DNA of 46,462 nt from Verrucomicrobiales bacterium. GTDB lineage: Bacteria > Verrucomicrobiota > Verrucomicrobiia > Limisphaerales > UBA11320. The position numbers and the translations under genes were made by a program. The DNA is taken from the NCBI GenBank assembly GCA_003452185.1, contig DMJJ01000214.1, forward strand, positions 1 through 46,462. Reading direction: 5' to 3'. Below the pieces are notes generated by a model. The model saw only the letters and a list, made by a program, of their open reading frames with translations. It was not told where the DNA came from and ran no database searches. This document shows positions 38,023-46,462 of the stretch, one piece after another (within the stretch, counting starts at the first letter, position 1; every line of letters begins with the position of its first letter).

Positions 38023-38135
38023 GAGGGAAAGCACATCAGCAAACAGGCCGAAGCGTCAACTCCACGGAAACCCTTCCTTACATCAGGCAAAAGATTCCAC
38101 CCTACACCACACTCAATTGTAACGCAAACTCCTCC

Positions 38136-38165
38136 TTGACGAAACTTTGTCACTCCCTACACACT
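38136..38165 (+). promoter_or_regulatory. Possible sigma-70 promoter for the cold-shock gene
   Basis: TTGACG followed 16-18 nt later by TACACA or CACACT in an AT-richer intergenic region. This would give a 5' UTR of about 85 nt, as is common for csp genes. Confidence 0.4.
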
Positions 38166-38256
38166 CGCGCCGCTCGTCTACCACCATGAGCAGAATTGAG
38201 TGAACGGCTGGTGTTTCCCTTCGGAGCGGCCAACTCAAACACGGAAGGATTAACTT

Positions 38257-38484
38257 ATGGCTAGTGGCAAAGTTAAATGGTTCGATAACAAGAAGGGTTA
38301 CGGGTTCATCCTGAACGCGGAAGGCCAGGACGTCTTCGTTCACCACACCAGCATCAAGGGAGCGGGTTTCAAGACCCTCCAGGAGGGTGAGGTTGTGGAC
38401 TATGAGCTCGTTGACAGCGACAAGGGTCCCAAGGCGTTGAACGTTCAGCGCACTCTCACCGGCGCACCTCAGCCCCGCGCCTGA
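38257..38484 (+). CDS. Cold-shock domain protein (CspA family)
   Basis: GKVKWFDNKKGYGFI (RNP1), DVFVHH (RNP2), GFKTLQEG and KGPKALNV. GGAAGGA RBS upstream. Confidence 0.95.
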   Translation: MASGKVKWFDNKKGYGFILNAEGQDVFVHHTSIKGAGFKTLQEGEVVDYELVDSDKGPKALNVQRTLTGAPQPRA

Positions 38485-38611
38485 CCTGATGTTCGTTGGA
38501 GCCGCCCGGCCAGGATTGCCGGCGGCGGGTTGCCAGGGGCGTTGCGTTCCCCGCAGGGCCCTGGCACAAATTAGTTGCGTCGTTGAGTTGTTCGTAGGGT
38601 AAGCTGTCGGC

Positions 38612-39799
38612 GTGGTGCCCGATAAAACCAAGCCGACGAGCGGGCTTTACGTCCATGTGCCGTTTTGCGCGCGCAAGTGTGACTACTGCGCGTTCTTTTC
38701 GGAATCCTCCAGCGGCGAGCTGATGAATCGCTATACCGCCGCCCTCATCCGCGAGATGGAGCTGGTGGCGGAGGGTTTCGTTCCCCGCACGATCTTCTTC
38801 GGTGGCGGCACCCCTTCCATTCTCTCGATCCCGCAATGGACGCGCATTCTGGACGCGATGGAGCGACTTGGCTGGTGCTCGCCGCAGGAGTGGACGATCG
38901 AGTGCAACCCCGCAACGGTCTCCCTGGAAAAGGCGCGCCTCTGGCGGGAGCGCGGGGTGAACCGCCTCTCCATGGGAGTGCAATCGCTGGACGAGGGGCT
39001 GCTCGACCGGTTGGGGCGGGTGCACGATCGCGGGATGGTGTTTCGCTCCTTCGACACCCTGCGGCAGGCCGGGTTTGAGAACCTGAACCTCGACCTGATG
39101 TTTGCGATTCCAGGGCAGACGAAGGAGATCTGGCGTTCGACCCTGCGGGAGGCGATCGCGATGGGGAGCGAGCACCTTTCGAGCTACGAGGTGATCTACG
39201 AGGAGGACACCGCCCTGTACGAGCAGATGAAAGCCGGCGAGTTCGATGTCGATGAGGACCTGGCCTGCGATTTATACGAATTGTTGCTCGAGGAAACGGC
39301 CCGCGCGGGGTTCACCCAATATGAGATTGCGAACTTCGCCCGCCGGAAGCCCGGTCCCGAGGGTGAGTTCCCTGCCAGGGCCTGCGCCCACAACGTGAAC
39401 TATTGGCGGGCCGGGTCGTTCCACGGGCTCGGTCCCTCGGCCACCGGGTATGTCGGCGGGCTGAGGACTCGGAACTGGGCCAACACCTTGCTCTATTGCG
39501 AGCAGCTTGAGAAGGGGCGCCGGGCGATCGAGTATTCCGAGCGCCTCTCCCCGCTGGAACGCGCCGGTGAGGCGGCCGCTTTCGGGCTTCGGGTCGGCCC
39601 CGGATGGCCGTTCGGGGAGTTTCAAGAGGTGACCGGTTTTGACCTCCGCGCCGGGTGGGGTGACGACATGGACCGCCTCGCCTCCCGGGGCTGGGGGGTG
39701 CGGGAGCCCGACCGGTTCCGACTCACCCCCGCCGGGCTTCGATTTGCCGATGCCGCCGCCGAGATGATGCTGCGCCCGGCTTCCCTCCAACCCGCATGA
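38612..39799 (+). CDS. hemW: Radical SAM heme chaperone (HemN-like)
   Basis: LYVHVPFCARKCDYCAF, GGGTPS, ECNP, RLSMGVQS, YEIANFA, HNVNYW and GLGPSA. The HNxxYW motif is typical of HemW. Confidence 0.88.
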   Translation: MVPDKTKPTSGLYVHVPFCARKCDYCAFFSESSSGELMNRYTAALIREMELVAEGFVPRTIFFGGGTPSILSIPQWTRILDAMERLGWCSPQEWTIECNPATVSLEKARLWRERGVNRLSMGVQSLDEGLLDRLGRVHDRGMVFRSFDTLRQAGFENLNLDLMFAIPGQTKEIWRSTLREAIAMGSEHLSSYEVIYEEDTALYEQMKAGEFDVDEDLACDLYELLLEETARAGFTQYEIANFARRKPGPEGEFPARACAHNVNYWRAGSFHGLGPSATGYVGGLRTRNWANTLLYCEQLEKGRRAIEYSERLSPLERAGEAAAFGLRVGPGWPFGEFQEVTGFDLRAGWGDDMDRLASRGWGVREPDRFRLTPAGLRFADAAAEMMLRPASLQPA

Positions 39800-40599
39800 A
39801 CCCCCTCGCCCCAGCCGCCCTGGTCACCGGTTCCTCCCGCGGAATAGGCCGGGGCATCGCGGTGGCCCTCGCGGCGGCCGGGCACGACCTCCTCATTCAC
39901 TATTCCAGCCGGCGGGAGGGGGCCGAGGAAACCGCGGCTGCCTGCGACGCCGCGGCAAGGAAGGCGGGCCGCCCGGTGCAGACCCGCATCTGCCAGGCTG
40001 ACCTCGCCCTCGCGGCCGATCGCCACCGTCTCGTCGACGCGACCCGGGAGGCCTTCGGACGCCTCGACCTCCTCGTCAACAACGCCGGCGTGGCCCCATC
40101 GGTGCGGGCCGACCTGCTCGACGCCTCCGAGGAAAGCTTCGACCGCCTGATGGGGATCAACCTCAAGGGACCGTTCTTCCTGACCCAGGAGGTGGCCCGC
40201 TGGATGGTGGAGCAGGCGGCCACCCTGCCCGCTGGGTCCCCCCGCCCAAAGATCATCTCCGTGAGCTCGGTCAGCGCCTATGCCCCATCGGTCAACCGGG
40301 CGGAGTATTGTCTATCGAAAGCCGGTATCTCGATGCTCACCGCCCTCTTCGCCGCGCGCCTCGCGGAGCACGGGATCAGCGTGTTTGAGATCCGCCCGGG
40401 GATCATCGCCACCGACATGACCACCCCCGTCCGGGAGCGCTACGACCGGCTGCTCAGGGATGGCTTCACCCCGATCAACCGCTGGGGGACCCCCGAGGAT
40501 GTCGCCCGCGCCGTGGTGGCCATCGCCGGCGGGGCCTTCCCCTTCAGCACCGGCGAGGTGTTCAACGTGGATGGCGGGTTTCATCTGCGACGGCTTTGA
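39796..40599 (+). CDS. Short-chain dehydrogenase/reductase
   Basis: TGSSRGIG, LVNNAG, YCLSK, PGIIATDM and VDGG. ATGA overlap with hemW. Confidence 0.92.
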   Translation: MNPLAPAALVTGSSRGIGRGIAVALAAAGHDLLIHYSSRREGAEETAAACDAAARKAGRPVQTRICQADLALAADRHRLVDATREAFGRLDLLVNNAGVAPSVRADLLDASEESFDRLMGINLKGPFFLTQEVARWMVEQAATLPAGSPRPKIISVSSVSAYAPSVNRAEYCLSKAGISMLTALFAARLAEHGISVFEIRPGIIATDMTTPVRERYDRLLRDGFTPINRWGTPEDVARAVVAIAGGAFPFSTGEVFNVDGGFHLRRL

Positions 40600-40601
40600 G
40601 C

Positions 40602-41990
40602 ATGGCACTGCGCATCGATTCCCGCCTGACGGCGGCCGGCCTTAGAAAGCCGGTCGAGAGGATGTTCGAGCTCTCGGCCCCCAGGATCCTGTCGATCGAC
40701 AAGGCCTGGCCTCCGGGCACCGGGGCGCCCGTCTGCACCCGCTCCGGTCGGTACGCGGCGCGCGGATGGACCGAGTGGACCCAGGGATTTCAGCACGGCT
40801 CCGCGCTCCTTCAGTTCGAGGCGACGGGGGACCGGCATTTCCTCGAGCTGGGTCGCCGCCGGACGATCCAGGAAATGGGGGCCCACCTCACCCACGTCGG
40901 GGTGCACGATCACGGGTTCAACAACGTCTCCACCTACGGGGCCTTGCGGCGGCAGATGCTCGAGGGGCGGATTCCGTTCTGCGAACCCGAGCTCCGGTTT
41001 TTGGAGCTGGCCCTGAAGGTATCGGGAGCCGTCCAGGCCGCCCGCTGGACCACGCTCCCCGGCAGCACAGGGTACATCTACTCCTTCAACGGCCCGCACT
41101 CTCTCTTCATCGACACCCTCCGCTCCCTCCGGTCGCTGGCGCTGGCCCACCACCTGGGGCACGTGCTCCTGGGGGAACGGGACCGCAGGATCAACCTCCT
41201 GGAGCGCCTGGTCCGTCACGCCGAGGCGACAATCGAGTTCAACATCTACTTCGGGCAGGGGCGCGATGCCTACGACGTTCGGGGTCGCGTGGCCCACGAA
41301 AGCCTCTTCAACCTGAATGACGGGAGCTACCGTTGCCCCAGCACCCAGCAGGGGTACTCCCCTTTCTCCACCTGGACCCGGGGGCTCGCCTGGGCGATCC
41401 TCGGCTGCTCGGAGCAGCTTGAGTTCCTCGCGTCCATTCGCGAGCGGGAGCACGAGCTCGTCACGCCGGCCCTCCTGGGGCGGATGGAGGAGGCGGCCCG
41501 CGCCACCGCGGACCGTTACCTCGAGGAGTGCTGTGCGGACGGGATCCCGATCTGGGATACCGGCGCGCCGGGGACCCGGCGGATGGGGGACTATCGATCC
41601 CGGATCTCGGATCCGTTCAACCCCTGGGAGCCGATGGACAGCTCCGCCGCGGCAATCGCAGCCCAGGGGTTCCTCCGGCTCGGATCCCATGTCGGGGGAA
41701 AAGCCGGGGCACGGTACCGGCAGGCCGGCCTCACCCTTGCTCGAACGCTTCTTTCCCCTCCCTACCTTTCTGATACGGGGCGTCACCAGGGGTTGCTCCT
41801 TCACTCCGTCTATCATCGCCCCAACGGTTGGGACGCGATCCGCCCCGGGCAGAAGGTCCCCAACGGCGAGAGCTCCATGTGGGGGGACTACCACCTTCGG
41901 GAGCTCGGGTTGATGCTGCTCCGGGAGGCCCGTGCGGAACGGCCGCTCCGGTTCTTCGAGCCGGCCTCCCCCATTCCGCCGGTTCCCTGA
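40602..41990 (+). CDS. GH88-like (unsaturated glucuronyl hydrolase-like) cytoplasmic protein
   Basis: WTQGF, HDHGF, FIDTL, WTRGLAWA, DSSAAAIAA and WGDYH parallel the UGL/GH88 motifs. No signal peptide. Confidence 0.8.
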   Translation: MALRIDSRLTAAGLRKPVERMFELSAPRILSIDKAWPPGTGAPVCTRSGRYAARGWTEWTQGFQHGSALLQFEATGDRHFLELGRRRTIQEMGAHLTHVGVHDHGFNNVSTYGALRRQMLEGRIPFCEPELRFLELALKVSGAVQAARWTTLPGSTGYIYSFNGPHSLFIDTLRSLRSLALAHHLGHVLLGERDRRINLLERLVRHAEATIEFNIYFGQGRDAYDVRGRVAHESLFNLNDGSYRCPSTQQGYSPFSTWTRGLAWAILGCSEQLEFLASIREREHELVTPALLGRMEEAARATADRYLEECCADGIPIWDTGAPGTRRMGDYRSRISDPFNPWEPMDSSAAAIAAQGFLRLGSHVGGKAGARYRQAGLTLARTLLSPPYLSDTGRHQGLLLHSVYHRPNGWDAIRPGQKVPNGESSMWGDYHLRELGLMLLREARAERPLRFFEPASPIPPVP

Positions 41991-42023
41991 ATCACCCTCA
42001 CCCGCGAACCCGCCCCCCCCTGG

Positions 42024-43505
42024 ATGCTGGTCAAAATCCCAACCCTCCGCACCCCTGAGGCGTTCCGCCAGCACTGCCGGAACCTCGGGATCGAGATTCC
42101 ATGCGATGATACGATCCTGACCGGGACGGCCTCCCCGCTGACGACCTCCCCTGCCCCTCCGGTGCGACTCAACGGCCGGGTTCCGGCCAACCGGTGGGTG
42201 GTTCAGCCGATGGAGGGCTGGGATGGCACGTCGACCGGAGGTGTGACCGAGGAAGTCCGGAGGCGATGGCGGCGATTTGGGGAGACGGGCGCGAAGATCC
42301 TCTTTGGCGGGGAGGCGATGGCCGTGAGGCCGGATGGACGGGCCAACCCGAACCAGCTGCTCCTCACGGCCGGGAACGCCGAGGAGATTCGCGGGCTGAT
42401 CCAGCTGGCGCGGGCCAGCCACCGTGCCGCCCACGGCACCGACGAGGATCTGGTGGTCGGGCTCCAGCTCACCCATTCCGGCCGGTTTTGCCGGCCGAAT
42501 GATCCGGGTCGCTGGGAGCCTCGGGTTGCCTACCGTCACCCGCTGCTCGACGCCCGCTTCCACGTCACCCGGGAGGATCAGGTTCTCTCGGACGAGGAGG
42601 TTAAGGAGCTGATCGGCGACTATGTGCAGGCCGCCTGCGTGGCGCGGGCGGTGGGAGCCGATTTCATCGATCTCAAACACTGCCACGGGTACCTGCTGCA
42701 CGAATTCCTTGGAGCCCACACGCGGCCCGGGCCCTACGGCGGCTCGTTTGAGAATCGCACCCGCATCCTGCGGGAGATCGTGGAGGGGATCCGACGCTCG
42801 GGGAACCCGATCGACATCGCGGTCCGGCTGAGCGCCTTTGACATGATCCCCTTCCGCAAGAGCCCCGCGGGAGAAGCCGGGAGCGGTCTTCCGGACGCCG
42901 GGACCCCCGAGCCCTGGGACCCGGCACATCCCTACCACTACGGCTTCGGACTCGATCCAAACTCCCCCACCACGCCCGACCTCAGCGAACCGAAGCGATT
43001 TCTCGAACTCTGCGGCACCCTGGGGATCCGACTCGTGAACCTGAGCGCCGGATCCCCCTACTACACCCCTCACCTTCTCCGTCCGGCGGCCTATCCTCCA
43101 AGCGATGGGTATCCGCCGCCGGAGGATCCCCTCGTGGGAGTCGCGCGGCAGATGGCCGCTGTCCGGGAACTGAGGGCTTCCACCCGGGGTGATCTGGCGC
43201 TGATCGGCAGCGGCTACACCTACCTGCAGGAGTTCCTTCCGCACGTGGCTCAGGCGGCCATTCGGGCTGGCTGGGTCGACTTTGTGGGCCTGGGCCGGAT
43301 GGTGCTGAGCTATCCAGGCATCCTGGCCGATGCGACGACCAAGGGGGCCATCGCCTCCCGGGGGATCTGCCGCACGTTCAGCGACTGCACGACCGCGCCA
43401 CGCAACGGGCTTCCAAGCGGCTGCTATCCCCTCGACCCCCACTACGCAGCGAAACCCGAGGCGGCACGCCTCAAGGAGATCAGGTCCCGACGCCCCAAGC
43501 CATGA
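42024..43505 (+). CDS. NADH:flavin oxidoreductase (Old Yellow Enzyme family)
   Basis: NRWVVQPMEG, QLTHSGR, GADFIDLKHCHGYLLHEFL, YGGSFENRTR, VRLS and DFVGLGR. Confidence 0.9.
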   Translation: MLVKIPTLRTPEAFRQHCRNLGIEIPCDDTILTGTASPLTTSPAPPVRLNGRVPANRWVVQPMEGWDGTSTGGVTEEVRRRWRRFGETGAKILFGGEAMAVRPDGRANPNQLLLTAGNAEEIRGLIQLARASHRAAHGTDEDLVVGLQLTHSGRFCRPNDPGRWEPRVAYRHPLLDARFHVTREDQVLSDEEVKELIGDYVQAACVARAVGADFIDLKHCHGYLLHEFLGAHTRPGPYGGSFENRTRILREIVEGIRRSGNPIDIAVRLSAFDMIPFRKSPAGEAGSGLPDAGTPEPWDPAHPYHYGFGLDPNSPTTPDLSEPKRFLELCGTLGIRLVNLSAGSPYYTPHLLRPAAYPPSDGYPPPEDPLVGVARQMAAVRELRASTRGDLALIGSGYTYLQEFLPHVAQAAIRAGWVDFVGLGRMVLSYPGILADATTKGAIASRGICRTFSDCTTAPRNGLPSGCYPLDPHYAAKPEAARLKEIRSRRPKP

Positions 43506-44359
43506 CACCCCCGCCCGATCCCTCATCCACCCACTTCAAGGGATGGGCCAAGCCCGGTCCCGTCCCCCCGGGACTCGGCTCCGGGATCACCCTTGAGGCC
43601 GGGGAAACGCTCGACGCGATCAGCGGCCATTTTCGACTGTTCCAGCTCAAGGCCGGACATCGGTTTTCCACCGACGACATCCTCGCCGCGTGGTACGGAA
43701 CCACCTGGTGCCCCACGGCGCGCCGGGTGCTGGATCTCGGGAGCGGCATCGGGACAGTGGGCATGGTGGCCGCCTGGCGGCTTCCCGGCGCCACCTTCGT
43801 CACCGTGGAGGCACAGGAGGAGAGCGTGGCGCTGGCCAGGAAGTCGGCCCGCTACAACGGGCTCAGCGACCGGTACGAGATCCGGCAGGGGGACCTTCGG
43901 ACGCCGGGGATCCTCTCCGCCGGGGAGCAATTCGACCTGGTGCTGGGGAGCCCGCCCTACTTTCCGCCGGGAACCGGCGTCGTGGGGGACCATCCACAAA
44001 AAATCGCCTGTCGCTTTGAGATCCGCGGCGATGTCGGCGACTACTGCCGCACGGGTGCAGCACACCTCGCCCCCGGGGGCTTCATGGCGGTGGTATTCCC
44101 CGAGGCGCCTGAGCAACGGCTGCGAGTCGAGGAAGGGGCCCGGTCCGCGGACCTCGTTCTGGTGCGACGCCGCCCCGTGGTCTTTCGCGAAGGGGAGGCC
44201 CCGCTGATCGGACTCTACGGGCTGATGCGATCCGCCGATCTCCCGGAGTGGTTCCGAGCGCAGACCTGGGTTGAGCCACCCCTGGTGATCCGCACTGCGG
44301 CGGGCTCCGTCCATCCGGAGTACTCCGCGGTCAAACTCGCCATCGGGTTTCCCCCCTGA
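43502..44359 (+). CDS. Class I SAM-dependent amino-methyltransferase (TrmN6/YfiC-like)
   Basis: FQLKAGHRFSTDD, VLDLGSGIG, VEAQE and FDLVLGSPPYF. ATGA overlap with the OYE gene. Confidence 0.8.
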   Translation: MTPPPDPSSTHFKGWAKPGPVPPGLGSGITLEAGETLDAISGHFRLFQLKAGHRFSTDDILAAWYGTTWCPTARRVLDLGSGIGTVGMVAAWRLPGATFVTVEAQEESVALARKSARYNGLSDRYEIRQGDLRTPGILSAGEQFDLVLGSPPYFPPGTGVVGDHPQKIACRFEIRGDVGDYCRTGAAHLAPGGFMAVVFPEAPEQRLRVEEGARSADLVLVRRRPVVFREGEAPLIGLYGLMRSADLPEWFRAQTWVEPPLVIRTAAGSVHPEYSAVKLAIGFPP

Positions 44360-44382
44360 CCCCGCCGCAGCGGGCGGCGGGG
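44360..44382. terminator. Perfect 9-bp GC hairpin between convergent genes
   Basis: ccccgccgc-agcgg-gcggcgggg directly after the methyltransferase stop codon. No U-tract. Confidence 0.4.
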
Positions 44383-44398
44383 GAACGGCCTCCTATGC

Positions 44399-45460
44399 CT
44401 ATGGCCTGAGGAGCTTGAGAGCCTCCGCCTCCGGCGTCGGCTCGGTCCGGCGGGCCAGCGTGTAGACGTTGGTCTGGGAGTAGCGCTGTCCCACCTTCAT
44501 CTCCTGGAGCGGCGCCAGCATCTCCAGCTCGACGTAGCTCGCGGGGTTCCGACTGGTGTAAACCTCGGCGCTGCTCTGGTCATCGGGGTAAGGGGCCCCG
44601 GGGATCCGGGGGGAGTCGATCCGCAAGGTCTCGCGCGCCCCCACCCAGAGAAGGGTTCCGGCGCGAGTCCCGATCTTGTGGGGCTCCGAGGGATCACGCG
44701 CCAGCGAAAGCAGGCCGCCACGGTTCGTCAGGGCAAGCGGGGGGGTGTCGGACTGGAGGACATAACCGGCCCCCCGGTCCTCGGCCGATCCGACCGGGAT
44801 GAAGACCGCCTCGGGGTGGCTGAGCTGGGTGATGATCCAGATGCCGACCCGGTTGGTTCCTCCCGCCGGAGGAACGTGCGACGGCTCCGTCACCTGCTCA
44901 TACGTGGTGATGATCGTCATCCGGGGATGATCGGCATCGAGGCGGATCTCCCGCTCGGTCCGGATGCCGAAGTCCGGGTCGACCGGGGAGAGCAGCGTCA
45001 CACGGCCACGACGAACCTCGGCCTTCACGGGCATCGAATCGAAGGCCGGCGGCGGAGGCCAGGCCCGCGGTGTCCGGAGCGGCCATTTCGACTGCGGCGA
45101 AGGCCATGTCTTGTCCCCGCCAAAATTCCCCCACTCGGGGGAGGCCGCGTCCGGGGACTTTCCCCAAAGCGCCTCATTTTCCCAGAACGGTCCCTCCTCC
45201 CCCTTGAACCGAAACTGCATCACCCGGCCGATGGCCGGGACGATGATCACCTCAACCCGGGAGCTCTCCATCACAATGGACTCGGCCCACCCCCGGTAAT
45301 CGATCGTGCGGGTGGAGATGGGGGGCGCGGGATCGGCGCTCATCGCCCCGAACTCACGGAACAGGATCACGAGGGGAACCACCATCAGGAGCCCAAAGAT
45401 GAACAGGACCAGCTGGCGCTGGAGGGAACGCTGGCGGGGTCTGCCGGGTTCGCTGCTCAT
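44399..45460 (-). CDS. Membrane-anchored DUF4380-like protein (mutarotase-like beta-sandwich)
   Basis: N-terminal TM helix, YRGW, VPAIGRVMQF, NFGGDKTWPSPQ and YVELEMLAPL. Start placed at MSSEPG (45460). Confidence 0.7.
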   Translation of the reverse strand: MSSEPGRPRQRSLQRQLVLFIFGLLMVVPLVILFREFGAMSADPAPPISTRTIDYRGWAESIVMESSRVEVIIVPAIGRVMQFRFKGEEGPFWENEALWGKSPDAASPEWGNFGGDKTWPSPQSKWPLRTPRAWPPPPAFDSMPVKAEVRRGRVTLLSPVDPDFGIRTEREIRLDADHPRMTIITTYEQVTEPSHVPPAGGTNRVGIWIITQLSHPEAVFIPVGSAEDRGAGYVLQSDTPPLALTNRGGLLSLARDPSEPHKIGTRAGTLLWVGARETLRIDSPRIPGAPYPDDQSSAEVYTSRNPASYVELEMLAPLQEMKVGQRYSQTNVYTLARRTEPTPEAEALKLLRP

Positions 45461-45577
45461 TGGGATCACTATTACCCGCGCCCGCCCCCGATTGCAAAGG
45501 CTAGAATCCTTGCACCCAGGGCGGGTTCCGGCTATCAGCCAGGGGATCCGCACGAAGCACGCTCCAGCACCCCGCAC

Positions 45578-46462
45578 ATGGCCGCCATTTCTTTCCTCAC
45601 AGTTCAGGAGATCCAGATCCATCACCTCCCGATCCGGGCCCGTGTCCCGTTGAAATTTGGGTCGGAGACCCTGACCGGGGTCACCTGTGCGCGGGCGCGG
45701 GTGGTGGCCTCGGCCCGGGACGGCGGGCGGCGAATCGAGGGATGGGGGGAGACTCCGCTCAGCGTCCAGTGGGTCTGGCCAAGCCCCTCACCGTACGCGG
45801 AGCGGGAGCAGGCGTTGATGGACTTCACTGCGAAGATTGCGGCCGCGTGGACCGGGTTGCCGACCGAAGGACACCCGCTTGAGTTCGGACATCGGTTCCT
45901 TGAGGAGGTGCTTCCCGGGATGCTCCGCTCGTTCAACACGGCGGACCGGGCCGGGCGCGAGCCGATGCCGTTGCTGGCCGCCCTGCTCTGCGCCTCCGTG
46001 CTCGACCAGGCGCTGCACGACGCGTACGGGCAGGCCGTGGGACGCCCGATCTACGAGACCTACAAACCCCCGTTCCTGACCCAGGACCTGGCCCACTTTC
46101 TGACTCCCGCACCCGGGTCCGCCGTCCGGTTCGAGGGAAGGTTCCCGCAGGATTTCCTGGCCGCCAAGCCCTCCCGGCGGCTCAAGGCATGGCATCTCGT
46201 CGGGGGGGTGGATGCCCTCGAGAGCTGCGACCTGACGGGCTCCGAGCCGGCCGATGGCCACCCGGTGCTCCTCGCCGACTGGATCCGCCGCGACGGCCTG
46301 ACCTGCCTCAAGGTGAAGCTGCGCGGGAACGATGCCGCCTGGGATTACGACCGCCTCTGCCGGGTTGGAAGGATCGCTGTCGCGAACGGGGTCGAATGGC
46401 TCACGGCCGATTTCAACTGCACCGTGCGCGACCCGGAGTACGTGAACACCATCCTCGACCGA
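45578..46462 (+). CDS. Mandelate racemase/enolase-superfamily enzyme, 3'-truncated (absent from the ORF track)
   Basis: My translation: MAAISFLTVQ...RVPLKFG...GWGETPL...DQALHDAYG...HLVGGVD...LKVKLRG...LTADFN. It has the KxK motif and a DxN metal ligand, and the frame stays open to the window end. Confidence 0.85.
   Translation, partial: MAAISFLTVQEIQIHHLPIRARVPLKFGSETLTGVTCARARVVASARDGGRRIEGWGETPLSVQWVWPSPSPYAEREQALMDFTAKIAAAWTGLPTEGHPLEFGHRFLEEVLPGMLRSFNTADRAGREPMPLLAALLCASVLDQALHDAYGQAVGRPIYETYKPPFLTQDLAHFLTPAPGSAVRFEGRFPQDFLAAKPSRRLKAWHLVGGVDALESCDLTGSEPADGHPVLLADWIRRDGLTCLKVKLRGNDAAWDYDRLCRVGRIAVANGVEWLTADFNCTVRDPEYVNTILDR

Noticed and set aside
38552..38568. Sigma-54-like TGGCAC...TTGC upstream of hemW
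   Set aside because: The spacer is 7 nt rather than the strict 5 nt (GG-N12-GC instead of GG-N10-GC).
34710..39799. RiPP/PQQ-type cluster (M16 peptidase pair + radical SAM + small ORF)
   Set aside because: The radical SAM protein is HemW-type with no SPASM domain, the small ORF is a cold-shock protein, and the exported M16B heterodimer is a common housekeeping arrangement.
40581..43526. 981-aa minus-strand ORF, and similar long ORFs at 1037-2845, 10477-12678, 28908-30935 and 32248-34503
   Set aside because: These are antisense shadows of well-supported genes. High GC content suppresses stop codons, and the translations have no family motifs.
1..46462. CRISPR arrays, tRNA/rRNA, IS elements, integrases, prophage or defence genes
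   Set aside because: I saw no regularly spaced repeats, cloverleaf or rRNA-like segments, or transposase, integrase or nuclease motifs. Composition looks uniform apart from short intergenic regions.

Overview
A very GC-rich bacterial window with about 31 real genes; most of the supplied six-frame ORFs are antisense or alternate-frame shadows. The gene content (PVC-type heme-c/dehydrogenase giants, an H-X9-DG prepilin-like protein, an OB-fold-repeat sensor kinase) points by inference to Verrucomicrobiota. From left to right: two giant multidomain cytochrome-c proteins carrying DUF1080 and ThuA domains, a gluconolactonase and a stand-alone NRPS condensation domain; a beta-helix protein; a PAS histidine kinase; a CDF transporter and a Cys-motif BNR protein; a GT-C glycosyltransferase; a hybrid kinase-like protein with no visible His-phosphotransfer domain; a YiiX-like amidase; a prepilin-like protein; an MFS transporter; dctA and a stand-alone Cache/PDC protein; a prolyl oligopeptidase-PhoD fusion; an M16 peptidase pair, GntP permease and M19 amidohydrolase; a cold-shock protein; a hemW-SDR-GH88-OYE-methyltransferase operon; a DUF4380-like protein; and an enolase-superfamily enzyme cut off by the window end. 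I saw no rRNA, tRNA, CRISPR array or mobile element. The best leads are the POP-PhoD fusion, a possible oxidative glycoside and sugar-acid catabolic system spread across the window, the orphan C domain, and the DHp-less pseudokinase. All family calls come from motif recognition by eye, with no database searches.
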